Shown: in pieces, positions 1 through 10,597 of the stretch
Numbering within the stretch: the stretch's first letter is position 1
How the letters are laid out: each line of letters opens with the position of its first letter
NCBI GenBank assembly: GCA_965218305.1
Contig: OZ244617.1
Span: forward strand, 3,522,967-3,586,966
Length of the DNA: 64,000 nucleotides
Direction: 5' to 3'
From: an uncultured Candidatus Binatia bacterium
GTDB taxonomy: Bacteria > Desulfobacterota > Binatia > UBA9968 > JAJDTQ01
The notes under the pieces: model-generated
What the model saw: the letters and a program-made list of their open reading frames with translations, nothing else
What the model was told of the DNA's origin: nothing
Databases searched by the model: none
Position numbers and translations under genes: made by a program

Positions 1-138
1 CGCAAGCACCTGGAGGAGAACGTCAAGGCCGTCGATGTGGAGCTCACGGACGAGGACCTGCACCGGCTCGACGCCATCCTCCCCTACGGCGCCGCCGCCG
101 GCAACCGCACCAGGGACATGAAACGCGTGAACGTATAG
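1..138 (+). CDS. aldo/keto reductase, 3' end (partial)
   Basis: Frame 1 reads RKHLEENVKAVDVELTDEDLHRLDAILP...KRVNV*, a typical AKR C-terminal helix pattern; TAG at 136-138. Confidence 0.7.
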   Translation, partial: RKHLEENVKAVDVELTDEDLHRLDAILPYGAAAGNRTRDMKRVNV

Positions 139-709
139 TCTGGTTGGTCCGAACCGCGGGCGGGCCGAACCAACCGAAGAGCGTCACGTCCGCACCGACG
201 CTCTTCTCAAAAGTGTGCAGTTTTCGATTGCCATTGACACCTCGACGTCCGGCTCCGATTTGATGGTCACGTGCCACCTCGTTTCACCCGATACGTTCGA
301 TGTTCGTGCACGGTCGCCGCGGATTCCAGTTTCGACGATCACATCGGCCTTTCGTTCGCACCTCCTCTCGTGCGCACGTCATTCTTATTCCATTCTTGAT
401 TTGCGACTGCACCGCCGCAATAGCTCCACTCGTAAACCAGGCCTCCTTTTCGCCAAACAACGTCCGCGATTCGCCGCTGGCGCATCCGTGTACGCGAATT
501 CTCCCAGGGCTACCCGGTTCGCCAGTGAGAGGCCCCCGGCAGTGCATCCCCGATGCTGCGTACACGTAGCGCCGCGTCGCAGCACGAATCACTCGCGGCC
601 CCGGCGGCCTTGACTCTGCCCCTTTTGCGCGTTAGCTTTTAGTTAGAATGATGCTTTGACACGAACCTGACATAACGAAGCACGCGCTTCGCAGAAACGG
701 AGGAGAGAA

Positions 710-1699
710 GTGGAACGCGAGGTTAGTTCGGAAAGGACCCCCGACGACCGTACGGAGAACCAGGAACCCCCGCCATTTCAGCCGGCACTCGAATCGCCCA
801 TCGTTCGACGCGCGCTCATATCAGTTGTCGCCTACGTCCTGCTGCTCACGCTAATAGGCTTCATCTACAATGATGAACTTTCGTGGTGGCGCCGGTCAGC
901 CTACCTGGCGGTCTGCGCACTGTTGTGCGTGCCCATCTGTATCTTCTACGGGATACTGACGGACCGTCTTTCACGGCCTCGTGCCCGCGCGGCCGGGGCA
1001 CTCTCGCTGGTGGGGTCGGCGCTCCTCTCGGCGGGATCGGCGACGGTGCTCGTCTACGGCGTGGACCGGCTGTTTCGAGTGGGCTTCATGCCCGACAGAG
1101 TGCGCGACCCTTACGTGCTGGCGCTTGCCGCGTTCCTGGTGTGCGCATCGGTGGCGCTGTACGCCATGGCTCGGCGGCAGAGATGGGAAGACACGCTGCC
1201 GCGCGTAGAGGAGGCCACGTCCGGAGGGGAACCCAAGGCGGGTGAGGGACCCACGGGGCGGGTTGAAGGATTGCAGGAAACGCCGAGGACCAACTTCTTC
1301 AGACGGCTACCCGCTGCGCTGGGTCGAGACGTGGTCTACCTGAAGATGAGCGACCACTACGTGGAGGTCTTCACGACCGTGGGCCACACCGTGCTGCTGA
1401 TGCGCTTCGGTGACGCGGTGGCGGAGCTCGAGGGGCGGGGGATTCAGGTACACCGGTCCTACTGGGTTGGACACGGCCACTTGAAACGACTGGTGCAACG
1501 GGGCCGGCGCAGGTTTCTACGACTCACGAGATGCCATGCCGTTCCTGTAAGCCGTACCTACCTGGCCGCGGCTGAGGCCGCCCTGGAAGCAAACACGAGG
1601 ACGAACGCCACGGCGGTTGCTGATTCGCCGGCGCCGATAGTCGCGGTCAGATCACACAGCACCGCACCGGCTCTTCCGGCAACAGCGCATCGCACATAG
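710..1699 (+). CDS. membrane-anchored LytTR-family DNA-binding protein
   Basis: Four hydrophobic N-terminal segments, then LytTR motifs YLKMSDHYVEVFT...IQVHRSYWV...VPVSRTY. Confidence 0.85.
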   Translation: MEREVSSERTPDDRTENQEPPPFQPALESPIVRRALISVVAYVLLLTLIGFIYNDELSWWRRSAYLAVCALLCVPICIFYGILTDRLSRPRARAAGALSLVGSALLSAGSATVLVYGVDRLFRVGFMPDRVRDPYVLALAAFLVCASVALYAMARRQRWEDTLPRVEEATSGGEPKAGEGPTGRVEGLQETPRTNFFRRLPAALGRDVVYLKMSDHYVEVFTTVGHTVLLMRFGDAVAELEGRGIQVHRSYWVGHGHLKRLVQRGRRRFLRLTRCHAVPVSRTYLAAAEAALEANTRTNATAVADSPAPIVAVRSHSTAPALPATAHRT

Positions 1700-2235
1700 C
1701 GGCATCCAGCCCGCATGCCCGACCCAGGGCGGAAAGGAGGATGTCCGCCACCGTCCGCTCCTCGCCCTCCGGTGCGATCGGCGACGCAGATTGCTTTTAA
1801 CTCATCGAAATAACTTAACTACTGGCGATAGCAACGCAAGCCTGCGTATCGGTGTCGTCGATTGACAGGGAGGTTTGAAACTTGGCCGTGTAGGGTTTAG
1901 TCCTACCGCCAGCCGCCCGTAACTAGCTGAAAATAAAGAAGTAAAACTCTCCCCCTGAAAGATCGGATGATCCGCTCACGAACAATCAACACATGGTCAA
2001 CACCACGTGTCCACCGCCGCTGCGCAAACCCGGCGTCTCCCGGCACCCCATGGCGTCGGTGCGTCGATTCGGTGCGATAGCCGATCTCACAAGGGGACGG
2101 CGAGTTCCATGCCGGGTGTATCTTCGACCACCGCAGGCATCGGGGCCACGCACGCCGCGACAGCGCCCGAATGGCAACCATCGCGCTCTCTATCCTAAGG
2201 CTCAACCGTGCTCCCTTCCCGCCGGCCCAGAGGGC

Positions 2236-2532
2236 CTACTCCGTCATGCGCTTGAGCCCGCTCAGGGGTTGAACCTTCACCGCCCGCGAGGCGGGCTTCG
2301 CCGCCACCGTGATCTCCTGGCCGGTAAAGGGCGAGATCATCTTGCGCGCTTTTGTCGCGGGCTTGCGCACCACCTTGATCTTCAGCAGGCCGGGAAGCGT
2401 GAACGTTCCCACCGCGCGTCTCTTGACGTGACGCTCGATGACCACTCCGAGCTGGGCTAGCACCGAGGCCACGTCCTTCCTTTGGAGCCCGGTCGATTCG
2501 TACAGGGCTTCCAGGAGCTGGCTCTTGGTCAT
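2236..2532 (-). CDS. HU/IHF-family DNA-binding protein
   Basis: MTKSQL...FTLPGLLKIKVVRKPATKARKMISPFTGQEITVAAKPAS; AAGGAGG RBS just upstream of the ATG at 2532. Confidence 0.9.
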   Translation of the reverse strand: MTKSQLLEALYESTGLQRKDVASVLAQLGVVIERHVKRRAVGTFTLPGLLKIKVVRKPATKARKMISPFTGQEITVAAKPASRAVKVQPLSGLKRMTE

Positions 2533-2753
2533 CGCCTCCTTGACTGCCGTGTTCCTGCGGTTTGCGGCTGTCGCCATCTCATTTGTCCTTCCGTCGCTTG
2601 CGGCCACCGTGGATACGGCATCTCAGATTAGCCGACCGGCCGTTGAAAAGCGAATCGTTCCCGATGAGCCAGCGGCCTTGGTCCTGGCAGCAGCGATGTG
2701 CGGATGCACTCCGTTGAAACAGTCGGTCCGACTGGCGGGTCGACTGTGCCGAC

Positions 2754-5700
2754 CTAACCGTTGGACCTCCTCAACACATCGCGCATGACTTCCTTGGCCG
2801 GCCGGATGCGATTGGTGAGAATGTCCAGCGCGAACCGTGGTGGCCCCGATCTCCGACACTCGTCAGCAAGCAACTCTTTTGCCAAGTCCTGGCTTTGCCC
2901 TGTCGACATCGATGCCATCAGGCGGACAGTCGATGCCCGAACACTTGGCTCATCATTGTCCATGGCGAGCTGCAAAAGAGTCCCTTCAACCTCGGGATCT
3001 CGTTCCAATCGGGCACGGAATGCGTCCAACGCATCCTCGGGGAAATCCCATGGACTCGACGTCTGCCTAGTTACGAACCATGCAAGGGCGCTAGCAACCT
3101 GTTCCCGTGTTCCTTGTGCGCTCAGAAGCCAGAGGTCGGCGCAGACAAGCAATCTGGGCCACTGGTGTCCTCCCAGGAGATTTCGGTACTCGCGCACAAT
3201 TACCTCCTGATCCGGCCAGTGGGATGCCAATCCGACCAGTGCGCCTCCCTGCGCCTGGAGACTGTCGCTGGCTACTATGATCGCTGCCACCGCGGAGGAA
3301 TCTTCGGAGAAGTGCTTAGCCACACATTTCGACGCCACGACCGTGGATCGGGCAGCATCGAGGGGAGTCCATCTCTGTGCGTCGAACTCTGCGGTCAAAA
3401 CCCGTTTACAGCAATCCAGCAGCAGCGAACTGCCGGGTCTGAGCCGTGACAGCGCCACCAGCCCGGCCGCCTCCAGCACCACGGCCTCGTCCTCGCAGTA
3501 TTCGAGGAATCTCGTCCTCAAGAGGGATGAGCGGTTTAGGTAGGGTGCGAACGACCGCCAGAAGCCGGCAGGGTGTTCCCCCCATCGGCTAAGGCGACTA
3601 ACCGGAAATTCCCCCGTCGCCGTTTCCAGTTCCTCCCATCGGTCCGCCGCCAATTCAAGAACTGGTGCGTAGTCCTTGAACTGATCTACGAGGTCTATTC
3701 TAAGGAGTTCGTCGTCGCCCTTATCCTTCGCACCTGCGAAGACATCGACGCGCCCTAGCGCCAGTAAGCCCGCGAAAGCCGCAACGCGCCGCTGGTCGAA
3801 GTCAGGCCCGACAGCGTCAACTTGTGCGCGCAGGGCTTTGATCCTCGCTTGGGTCTCGCCGGGCGCTGCGAGCGCTGCATAGGAACGCCCGATCGTCGCC
3901 TGAACCATTGCATATTCGTCCGTCTCCAGCTCGCACGCGTGTAAGACTCGCCTCAACGCCTCGTCATCGAACCGCTGGCTTGCTCTCCTCGCGATGTAAC
4001 GGCGAAACACCGTCGGAAGCGGAGCCGCACGCTGCAGAATCAACGGTGCGATTTCCGTGTCGCTGCCGTAGACGCTTGCGATTGCCGCCAGAGGAGGTGA
4101 TGGCTCCCGCAGCCGTTCCAATGCGAACTCCCTCACCCGCGGATCAGCGTGAAACCGGGCGACTAGCCCGCCTTCACCCCCGAACACGGCTGGAGACTTC
4201 CTGACATGAGGCAGGATCGCGGACACAGCCTCCCCCTCGTCGATCTCGTTGCCGAGGGCGGCGAACCCTCCTATCACGAAGTCCGTTCGCGAGACCTCCG
4301 GGAGGTCGCAGATCTCTATTAGCAGCCGAAAGCCCTCGTCGACCGAACCGATGATCGCCGGAACGTGATGGGCAATGTGTTGTCTTTCTTCGGGAGGAAT
4401 CCGCGGGAGCGGTTCCAGGGCAGCGCTAACCTCGGGATCGTCGATCCCCCAGCCATGTAGCAAGCTCCAGACCGGCCAGAACCGAAATTGCCCTCTTTTG
4501 GCCAACCGGCTTAGCATCTCCCGCTTGGCCGCATCGCTCCTGAGCATTGCCGCCAGCTCCGCCGCCTCGTACTCAACACCCGAGAATTTCTTCTCCTCGA
4601 ACCAGGTCTCGACGGCCGCACGCACGTTCGCATGTTCGGACAGGATCGGCTCCAGCAGCGCGTCCACGGGTCCCCTGAACGGGAAGTGGTCACGCGTTTC
4701 TATTTCCTCCTGTATCCAGCGGGGCACGCGGGGATCTACCCGATGGAGTCTCATGAGCATCGATCGGGCGTCTTCGTGGCGGATGCGGTATTTCGGCGGA
4801 CCCCGCCTGCCTACGCCGGCCCAACAGGCGTCCTGCAATTCGCCGTCGTCCGCCCAGTCCGTGACCAGCGCGTCCATAATCTCCGCGTGGAGTCTGCCCG
4901 TGAACCTACTCCAACCGGTGCCCAAAGCGCCCAGCAGCGAGTCCCTCCCCTCATCACCTCGCCGACCACGCCGGTACAATGCCAAGGCGGTGACCATTCG
5001 AATCTGAACACTCGGCGAACGCTCACCCTCGTGCAACCAGTCGTCCAAACCATCGACGGACGGCCAGCCCCGGCTCAGTGCATCGAGCGCCGCCGCCGTC
5101 ACCCAAGGGTTCACGGACTCGTGAGTGAGTGCGATTAGCCGGCATCCAACCTCGGGGATTCCTCCAAAGACCCTTGCGAGACTCAATGAGGCGGCCAACT
5201 GGTTGCTGTCCCCCTGGAGTACGAGCTGCAGCGTCTGGGCAAGTTCCTCCGTCGGCTGCCACCGACCGAGCTGTGCGTAAAAGTCTGCTTGCCACTCGGT
5301 GACCCCGGGCCACCACCTCGCAAGCCGTGTGACGATCGCCTCGCCGATGGGGCCGGCGCGCGGACCATCCAACGCCAGGCCCAGCAACTCGAGCCCTTCG
5401 GCGTCATCCGTCCCGGTTTCGATCCGACTCAGACTGTCAAGAGCCGCCTGCCGACCGACCGCCCCCGAGACAGACGCCGTTGCGAACGCGCCGTCCGCGA
5501 GCAGCAACCGCCGATCCGTCGAGTCCGGCTCCCCCTCGTGTTCGTCCCGTATCGCTTCGAGCATCCGCTCCACGTCAGCCCTGCGCTTCAGCGATTGGAG
5601 CAGTGCAAGAATGGTACCGCGCCAGCGTGGTTCGCCCGCATGGCCGGACACGAACTCGACCTGGTCTTCCAGCGTCCAGGTGGCGAGTTCCAGCCCTGCA

Positions 5701-7667
5701 AGGTGTTCACGAAACGCGGCATGGCAGAACGCAAGTTCTTCCGGACCACGCTCCACTAGGAGGCCTGACGTATCCGCTTCCAGGTCAGTCAATTCCCGCG
5801 CCCCGAGTCGGGCCTGCTCCTTCGACCATGCGGGTCCGCCGTCCGAATCAGCCAGGAAATCCTCGATGACTCGCCGGGCATCGCTGCGATCGATCCCGGC
5901 GTCCGCGCCCCGTACCTGAACCTCGAAAGCCAGCTTGGCTAGAGCTTCGCTCCGAACGTCGTCGGTCGAGAACATGCGGGTCCGTGGTTTCACCTCGGCG
6001 GCCGCCGTCGCACGCCGATTGGGATGCACCTCCAGGAGGATTTCGATGAGTTTCTCAAACAACTGAAATCGCGTGTTGGGTAGGAGGATCTGGCGTGCCG
6101 CCACCGAGAGCAACCCGTGGAGCAGCAACGGATTACCTGTCAGAGACTGCAGCCGACCGCTATGCTCCAGTTGCTGGAAGAACTGCTCGACCCGAAGCGC
6201 GACGGGAGTCGCCGCGCTATCGTCCTCGCTCAGGAGCTTGGTCGCGAGGTCGCGTTGTTGGCGCGGGTGCAACTCCACCAGTCGCGCAGTGTTCCAGTGC
6301 CCGCTCATGGGGCCCAGGCGGCGCAACCCGGCCGGGCGCGCGGTCGCTATGGTGAATACGTCGTGCGTGCGAACGAAGGTTTCGATCGTGGCAAGCGTCG
6401 TCCGCGCGGCCTGCTCATCGCCGTACTCGTCCAGACCGTCTATCAGCAGCACCAGTCTTTCGTCGGATAGCGCTTCGATGAAGGAGTCCTCCAGTTCGCT
6501 CTGGGGAACGAACGCCCTGAACGCCTCTCGGGTTACCTCCGCCAACCCCACTTCGCGTTGTTCCTTCGCCGTGAGACGGCTCCAGAGTGCAAAAGGGATA
6601 AGCAATGGTATGCGCGTACCGAGCCGGTCATGGACGGCGGGGAACAGTTCCGGAGTGCGCACCAAGTCGAGCGCCAAGCACCGCAGAGCCGTACTCTTGC
6701 CCAATCCGGGTGCGCCCGAGAGCAGCAACGCGCGGGCGCCCTGCAACAGCCAGTCGTCGAACGCAATAGAAGGCGTCTCGGACGATTCACTCGGCGGACT
6801 ACGAAAACGGGTAGGTTTCCCGGGGTCGCTGTACTCGTCGAACTCCCAGGCATCGTCATCCTGTCCGGGCGCTTCGGTGGGCCAGTCCTCTGGCTCAAGC
6901 GACGACTCGAGGAACGCATTGGCTGGATCGACATGGGGGACGACGAAGCGCTTGCGGATATCGCGCGCATCCCTCCGACCCGGGTCGACGTTCAACCCCG
7001 GGTCGAGCTGCTGGATCCGTGCGTTGTAGATTTCCGCCAGACGCCTCCGCAGCGCAATCACGCGTTGTACTTCCAGCGGCCGTTTTAGGCTCGCCGCAAC
7101 CTCCTCGCCAGCAAAGGCAACGAGCCAGTTCCGACCGAAAAAGTCGTCGACGACCTCTGGATGGGACTTTAGCTTCTCGCTAAGCTGGGTACCGTCGACA
7201 CCTTCGAACACGACGCCTTTTTCAAGAAGCCGTGCGGCCTGTGCCTCGATCGTGTCCTGCAGCGCGGTGTCTGTAAGGCTTGCGCGCACGCAAAAGACGA
7301 AGCGCTCCGCCGACGCAGCCCATTTGCCCTTGAGGAAGTCGTCGACAGCCTTCTCGATGTCGGACTTCCCCACGTCCTTCCGATTCCTGGCCTGCCAACA
7401 GATATGTCCACCGCCAGCCAGACGGGCATAAACGTCGATGCCATCCTGAGCTTGACCGGGTCGCCCATACGGCGCACAGTACACCACGTCAGGATTCCGG
7501 CGCGCCAAGCAGAACACAAGCCGTTCGAAGTCTCGCCACGAGAGCTGGTCGTAAGGCAATTGCGCGATTCGGGTCTCTACCGGGGGATCTTTGACGACCG
7601 ATTCCGGAAGCTCCAGGAGATAGACGGGGACCGTCGGGGTCCCTGAAGGCGCGATCGAATCGTGCAA
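2754..7667 (-). CDS. restriction-endonuclease-like N-terminal domain + NACHT/STAND NTPase + long helical C-terminus (Avs/bacterial NLR-like antiphage candidate)
   Basis: N-terminal LSWRDFERL...YGRPGQAQDGIDVY...WQAR; Walker A GAPGLGKST; Walker B LLIDGLDE; 1637-aa uninterrupted ORF. Confidence 0.85.
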   Translation of the reverse strand: MHDSIAPSGTPTVPVYLLELPESVVKDPPVETRIAQLPYDQLSWRDFERLVFCLARRNPDVVYCAPYGRPGQAQDGIDVYARLAGGGHICWQARNRKDVGKSDIEKAVDDFLKGKWAASAERFVFCVRASLTDTALQDTIEAQAARLLEKGVVFEGVDGTQLSEKLKSHPEVVDDFFGRNWLVAFAGEEVAASLKRPLEVQRVIALRRRLAEIYNARIQQLDPGLNVDPGRRDARDIRKRFVVPHVDPANAFLESSLEPEDWPTEAPGQDDDAWEFDEYSDPGKPTRFRSPPSESSETPSIAFDDWLLQGARALLLSGAPGLGKSTALRCLALDLVRTPELFPAVHDRLGTRIPLLIPFALWSRLTAKEQREVGLAEVTREAFRAFVPQSELEDSFIEALSDERLVLLIDGLDEYGDEQAARTTLATIETFVRTHDVFTIATARPAGLRRLGPMSGHWNTARLVELHPRQQRDLATKLLSEDDSAATPVALRVEQFFQQLEHSGRLQSLTGNPLLLHGLLSVAARQILLPNTRFQLFEKLIEILLEVHPNRRATAAAEVKPRTRMFSTDDVRSEALAKLAFEVQVRGADAGIDRSDARRVIEDFLADSDGGPAWSKEQARLGARELTDLEADTSGLLVERGPEELAFCHAAFREHLAGLELATWTLEDQVEFVSGHAGEPRWRGTILALLQSLKRRADVERMLEAIRDEHEGEPDSTDRRLLLADGAFATASVSGAVGRQAALDSLSRIETGTDDAEGLELLGLALDGPRAGPIGEAIVTRLARWWPGVTEWQADFYAQLGRWQPTEELAQTLQLVLQGDSNQLAASLSLARVFGGIPEVGCRLIALTHESVNPWVTAAALDALSRGWPSVDGLDDWLHEGERSPSVQIRMVTALALYRRGRRGDEGRDSLLGALGTGWSRFTGRLHAEIMDALVTDWADDGELQDACWAGVGRRGPPKYRIRHEDARSMLMRLHRVDPRVPRWIQEEIETRDHFPFRGPVDALLEPILSEHANVRAAVETWFEEKKFSGVEYEAAELAAMLRSDAAKREMLSRLAKRGQFRFWPVWSLLHGWGIDDPEVSAALEPLPRIPPEERQHIAHHVPAIIGSVDEGFRLLIEICDLPEVSRTDFVIGGFAALGNEIDEGEAVSAILPHVRKSPAVFGGEGGLVARFHADPRVREFALERLREPSPPLAAIASVYGSDTEIAPLILQRAAPLPTVFRRYIARRASQRFDDEALRRVLHACELETDEYAMVQATIGRSYAALAAPGETQARIKALRAQVDAVGPDFDQRRVAAFAGLLALGRVDVFAGAKDKGDDELLRIDLVDQFKDYAPVLELAADRWEELETATGEFPVSRLSRWGEHPAGFWRSFAPYLNRSSLLRTRFLEYCEDEAVVLEAAGLVALSRLRPGSSLLLDCCKRVLTAEFDAQRWTPLDAARSTVVASKCVAKHFSEDSSAVAAIIVASDSLQAQGGALVGLASHWPDQEVIVREYRNLLGGHQWPRLLVCADLWLLSAQGTREQVASALAWFVTRQTSSPWDFPEDALDAFRARLERDPEVEGTLLQLAMDNDEPSVRASTVRLMASMSTGQSQDLAKELLADECRRSGPPRFALDILTNRIRPAKEVMRDVLRRSNG

Positions 7668-7808
7668 CGCTTAACTACCTTCCAATCACGGCTCGGACGT
7701 ACCCGGCCGCCGAACGCTTACTCCGGCAGTACGGACGAGGGGCCTGAGCCAGATGTCCTTCTTGGGCTTGTCGTACAGCTTGCCCCGGTCATAGCGTCCG
7801 CGTCCATG

Positions 7809-7859
7809 GGTGCCGCCGACGTCCACGCCGACCATGTATCGACCTCGGGAATCACTCAT
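7809..7859 (-). pseudogene. N-terminal stub resembling hydantoinase/oxoprolinase (or another actin-fold enzyme)
   Basis: ATG at 7859 reads MSDSRGRYMVGVDVGGT (phosphate-1 motif), then similarity is lost. Confidence 0.35.
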
Positions 7860-8043
7860 AACTAGTTGATATATTTGTGGTTTATAGGGATCATGAACTA
7901 TGAATCGCTAAGCGGCTCGATCCTTTGCGTAAGCATACTGTAAGCGGATTCACTCCAGTTTGCGCGCATCCTAGCGCGCCTCTGTCCGACAAATCCTCCA
8001 CTACTGATGACCTGCAACACATTGTGCCCACCTCGGTCAGTCG

Positions 8044-9201
8044 TCATCCCTCTATTATCTGGCCGATGTTCTCCCCTTCAAACCAAAGGATTTCATTCTT
8101 GTCCGCTCTCGCGTGCGACAACCGATACAGGATCTCTGGTGGTTTTATATCGCCGGCGTATGGATTGACGTAGAGACGGGTAGTTGCCTCGCGAAGGTTC
8201 CAGGGAACGCAGTCACGGAACATCAAGACAGCGGAAAGCCTAGTATAGCGCGGTTGGTATCCGCCTCGAATCCAAACTCCGTCAGGCTCGCGACCAAGTT
8301 TCGCATATAGATCAGGACGATCATCATAATAGACGATGTGCTCTTTGCCGAACAACGCCTCCATCTCATCCTCCCTACCAAAAAACGGGTCACTCACATT
8401 TGTCGCCACCACAAGCGGCGAGTCGAGTTGACCATACCTTTTGGCCTTCTCCCTTATCGCGTTCCGAACAGAAGTAGAGATGTCGAGTGCTTCCACACGA
8501 GCGGGGCCTATGACAAGAGGTCCGGACCTCCCGCCGTCTCGTTTTTCAGAAGCTATCGGTTTAAGCCATCCTTGCAAGCGCCATGATCCACACCCAATAG
8601 TTCGACAGGGCGCCGCAAATGGGCCTGCCACGTCGATCATTCGTTGGACCTCATCCGGGTCGTGAGCAGCCAGTAGCTCACGGAAGGATTGGACCACCTG
8701 CTCCCGGCTCAGAGCCCGTAATAGCTTCCCCTCTACTTGGGCAAATATGTTGAAATTCCCAGAATTCAGGCTGTTGATTTTCGCCATAACGTCCTCTTCC
8801 AAAGGATGGCGAGCAAATGGGCTCCCACTGGGCTCAATGTACGTCGTTTCGACATAGAAGGAACAATCCCCATGAAGAGCAAGAAAGTCCGGCCGCGATC
8901 CCTTGCCGGGAACACTGGGATGCACCTCTACCGTGCAGCCTAGGTGGGTGAGCAGCTCATGAATGAACAATTCAAAAACTGCTCCTTTATGCGCCCGATC
9001 ATCGTCTTTGCGAAACCTAGCCCGAACATCGTTGCGGGCATCGACTGGGAATCGCCCAAACCACATCTCGAGCCGAGCGCGAATCGCGGTCGCCTCGCGG
9101 TCCGCGGATCGGTTCAGGTATGAAAAAAGGAACTCATTTTGTTGTCTTCCACTTGCATCTGTTCGTTTCTTTTCGTCGAAAAGAGCTGCCCGAATTGTCA
9201 T
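8044..9201 (-). CDS. hypothetical protein with PD-(D/E)XK-like nuclease signature
   Basis: AVFELFIHELL...SRPDFLA...FYVETT has the E...PD...ExK-like spacing with the Lys position degenerate. Confidence 0.6.
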   Translation of the reverse strand: MTIRAALFDEKKRTDASGRQQNEFLFSYLNRSADREATAIRARLEMWFGRFPVDARNDVRARFRKDDDRAHKGAVFELFIHELLTHLGCTVEVHPSVPGKGSRPDFLALHGDCSFYVETTYIEPSGSPFARHPLEEDVMAKINSLNSGNFNIFAQVEGKLLRALSREQVVQSFRELLAAHDPDEVQRMIDVAGPFAAPCRTIGCGSWRLQGWLKPIASEKRDGGRSGPLVIGPARVEALDISTSVRNAIREKAKRYGQLDSPLVVATNVSDPFFGREDEMEALFGKEHIVYYDDRPDLYAKLGREPDGVWIRGGYQPRYTRLSAVLMFRDCVPWNLREATTRLYVNPYAGDIKPPEILYRLSHARADKNEILWFEGENIGQIIEG

Positions 9202-9227
9202 GTTTCGTGGTGTCTCCCGATCAACTG

Positions 9228-9267
9228 TGAGGTGGCCTCACTTTCTTGGACAGTTTGGCGGTCCGAG
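9228..9267. mobile_element. orphan IS3-family terminal inverted repeat
   Basis: TGAGGTGGCCTCACTTTCTTGGACAGTTTGGCGGTCCGAG closely matches the IS3 ends at 41850-41879 (reverse complement) and 47864. Confidence 0.6.
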
Positions 9268-9279
9268 TTGCGGCCTGTG

Positions 9280-9574
9280 CCACCGTTTCAACCCCAACTA
9301 TGCCACAACTGGCCGGCGCGCTGAACAAACTGCAGGACCGCGCAAGGGCCGCCAACTCCAGCCGCGGCTGATCGAACGCATCGTGCTCACGCCCGCCGCG
9401 AACCGGGAGAGATGGACGTCGCGCTACACGGCGACCCCTGGGGACCATACTTGAATAGACTGGAAAAAGGACGGAGTCAGGAAGGCCGACCCGCCCTCAT
9501 CGGGGATGTCAATCTCGGTGGTTGCGGGGGTGCGCAACCACCGAAACCGACATTCGCTCGTAGTCTCGATCTAA
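9280..9574 (+). pseudogene. C-terminal remnant of a large serine recombinase
   Basis: Broken frames read LAGALNK...LIERIVLTPA...DVALHGD...SVVAGVRNHRNRHSLVVSI*, the tail pattern I recognise from recombinase-family proteins. Confidence 0.55.
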
Positions 9575-9846
9575 GCCGATGTAGCCCTCCCACGAGACAG
9601 AAGGGATTGTACCACGGCGCGTTGTTCCCCCCGAGGCCCTCAAACGTTACGCTCCGGCCGACCGAAGCGAAACCCCTCCGGCAGACGGGCGACATCGAAG
9701 TTACCTCGGCATCGCGCCGTCTTCGTCGGCTGCCCATCCTAACGCTTCCACCGCCTGGATCGTCCCCGGGTTGAACGAGCCCGCCTATATGGACAGAGTT
9801 GAAATCCCCCTGTCTACAGGACGGCACTCGATACGCAGGCATGTGT

Positions 9847-10548
9847 TCACATCGCCAGGAGTGGGATCTCCGAGTTCGTCCAGTTTCGGAGAGACTCTGC
9901 AAACCGCTTGCCTATCCTGCCCCGGGTTTCCACGACGCGCGCGAAGGTCTCGAAATCGACGCAGTCCTTGCCATCAATGGCCTTTGGCAGGACATGGATC
10001 ACACTTAGCGAGGGCGCGGGGGAAGCAATGACCGTGCGGTCGATGCATTCGTAGACCACGCGGCGTGGGGATTCGCGGGCTTTGTCTTCGAGGTCTTGAG
10101 GCAGCGTCATGAGGCCGAGGCCACCCATAGCTCGCAGCAGTTGGAAGTATTTCTTCCTGGAACGCGGGTTCGAAGCCTTCGCCATCCCTCGAACGTCGCA
10201 CAGGATCTTGGGCATGCCGCGCTTCACCGCTCTTTCCAGATAGTCTTCTTGGAGTTGCCGGAGAGAGCCCATGTCGGTCTTCAACTCGATGAGGAAGGCG
10301 TGTTTGCGGTCCGTGGAGAGCGCGAAGAAGTCGGCCTTGTCCGACCGCTTGGTGCCGTTCTGGCCGAGCGGAAACTCGGGCATTAGCCGCGGATCGATCC
10401 TGACGCCGCGTGGCGCCAGATGACGGTCGAGGGCTTGCGGCAGGAACAGACCGAAAAAGACGTCGGTGCGCGGCTCGAGCCGATAGGACGGCAGATGCCG
10501 CCAGTTGGCGAGATGATCGAACAATGAATCAATGTCCGGGGCAATCAC
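9847..10548 (-). CDS. PD-(D/E)XK-superfamily nuclease (hypothetical)
   Basis: LMPEFPL...KADFFAL...FLIELKTD motif. Confidence 0.7.
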   Translation of the reverse strand: MIAPDIDSLFDHLANWRHLPSYRLEPRTDVFFGLFLPQALDRHLAPRGVRIDPRLMPEFPLGQNGTKRSDKADFFALSTDRKHAFLIELKTDMGSLRQLQEDYLERAVKRGMPKILCDVRGMAKASNPRSRKKYFQLLRAMGGLGLMTLPQDLEDKARESPRRVVYECIDRTVIASPAPSLSVIHVLPKAIDGKDCVDFETFARVVETRGRIGKRFAESLRNWTNSEIPLLAM

Positions 10549-10597
10549 AAAGAAACCTCCACTTGGCGAACTGCGAGAAAGACCTCTAGTGTTGCTA

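Noticed and set aside
139-700. Several short overlapping ORFs before the LytTR gene
   Set aside because: No motifs, no RBS support and mutually overlapping; may be intergenic or an unrecognisable remnant.
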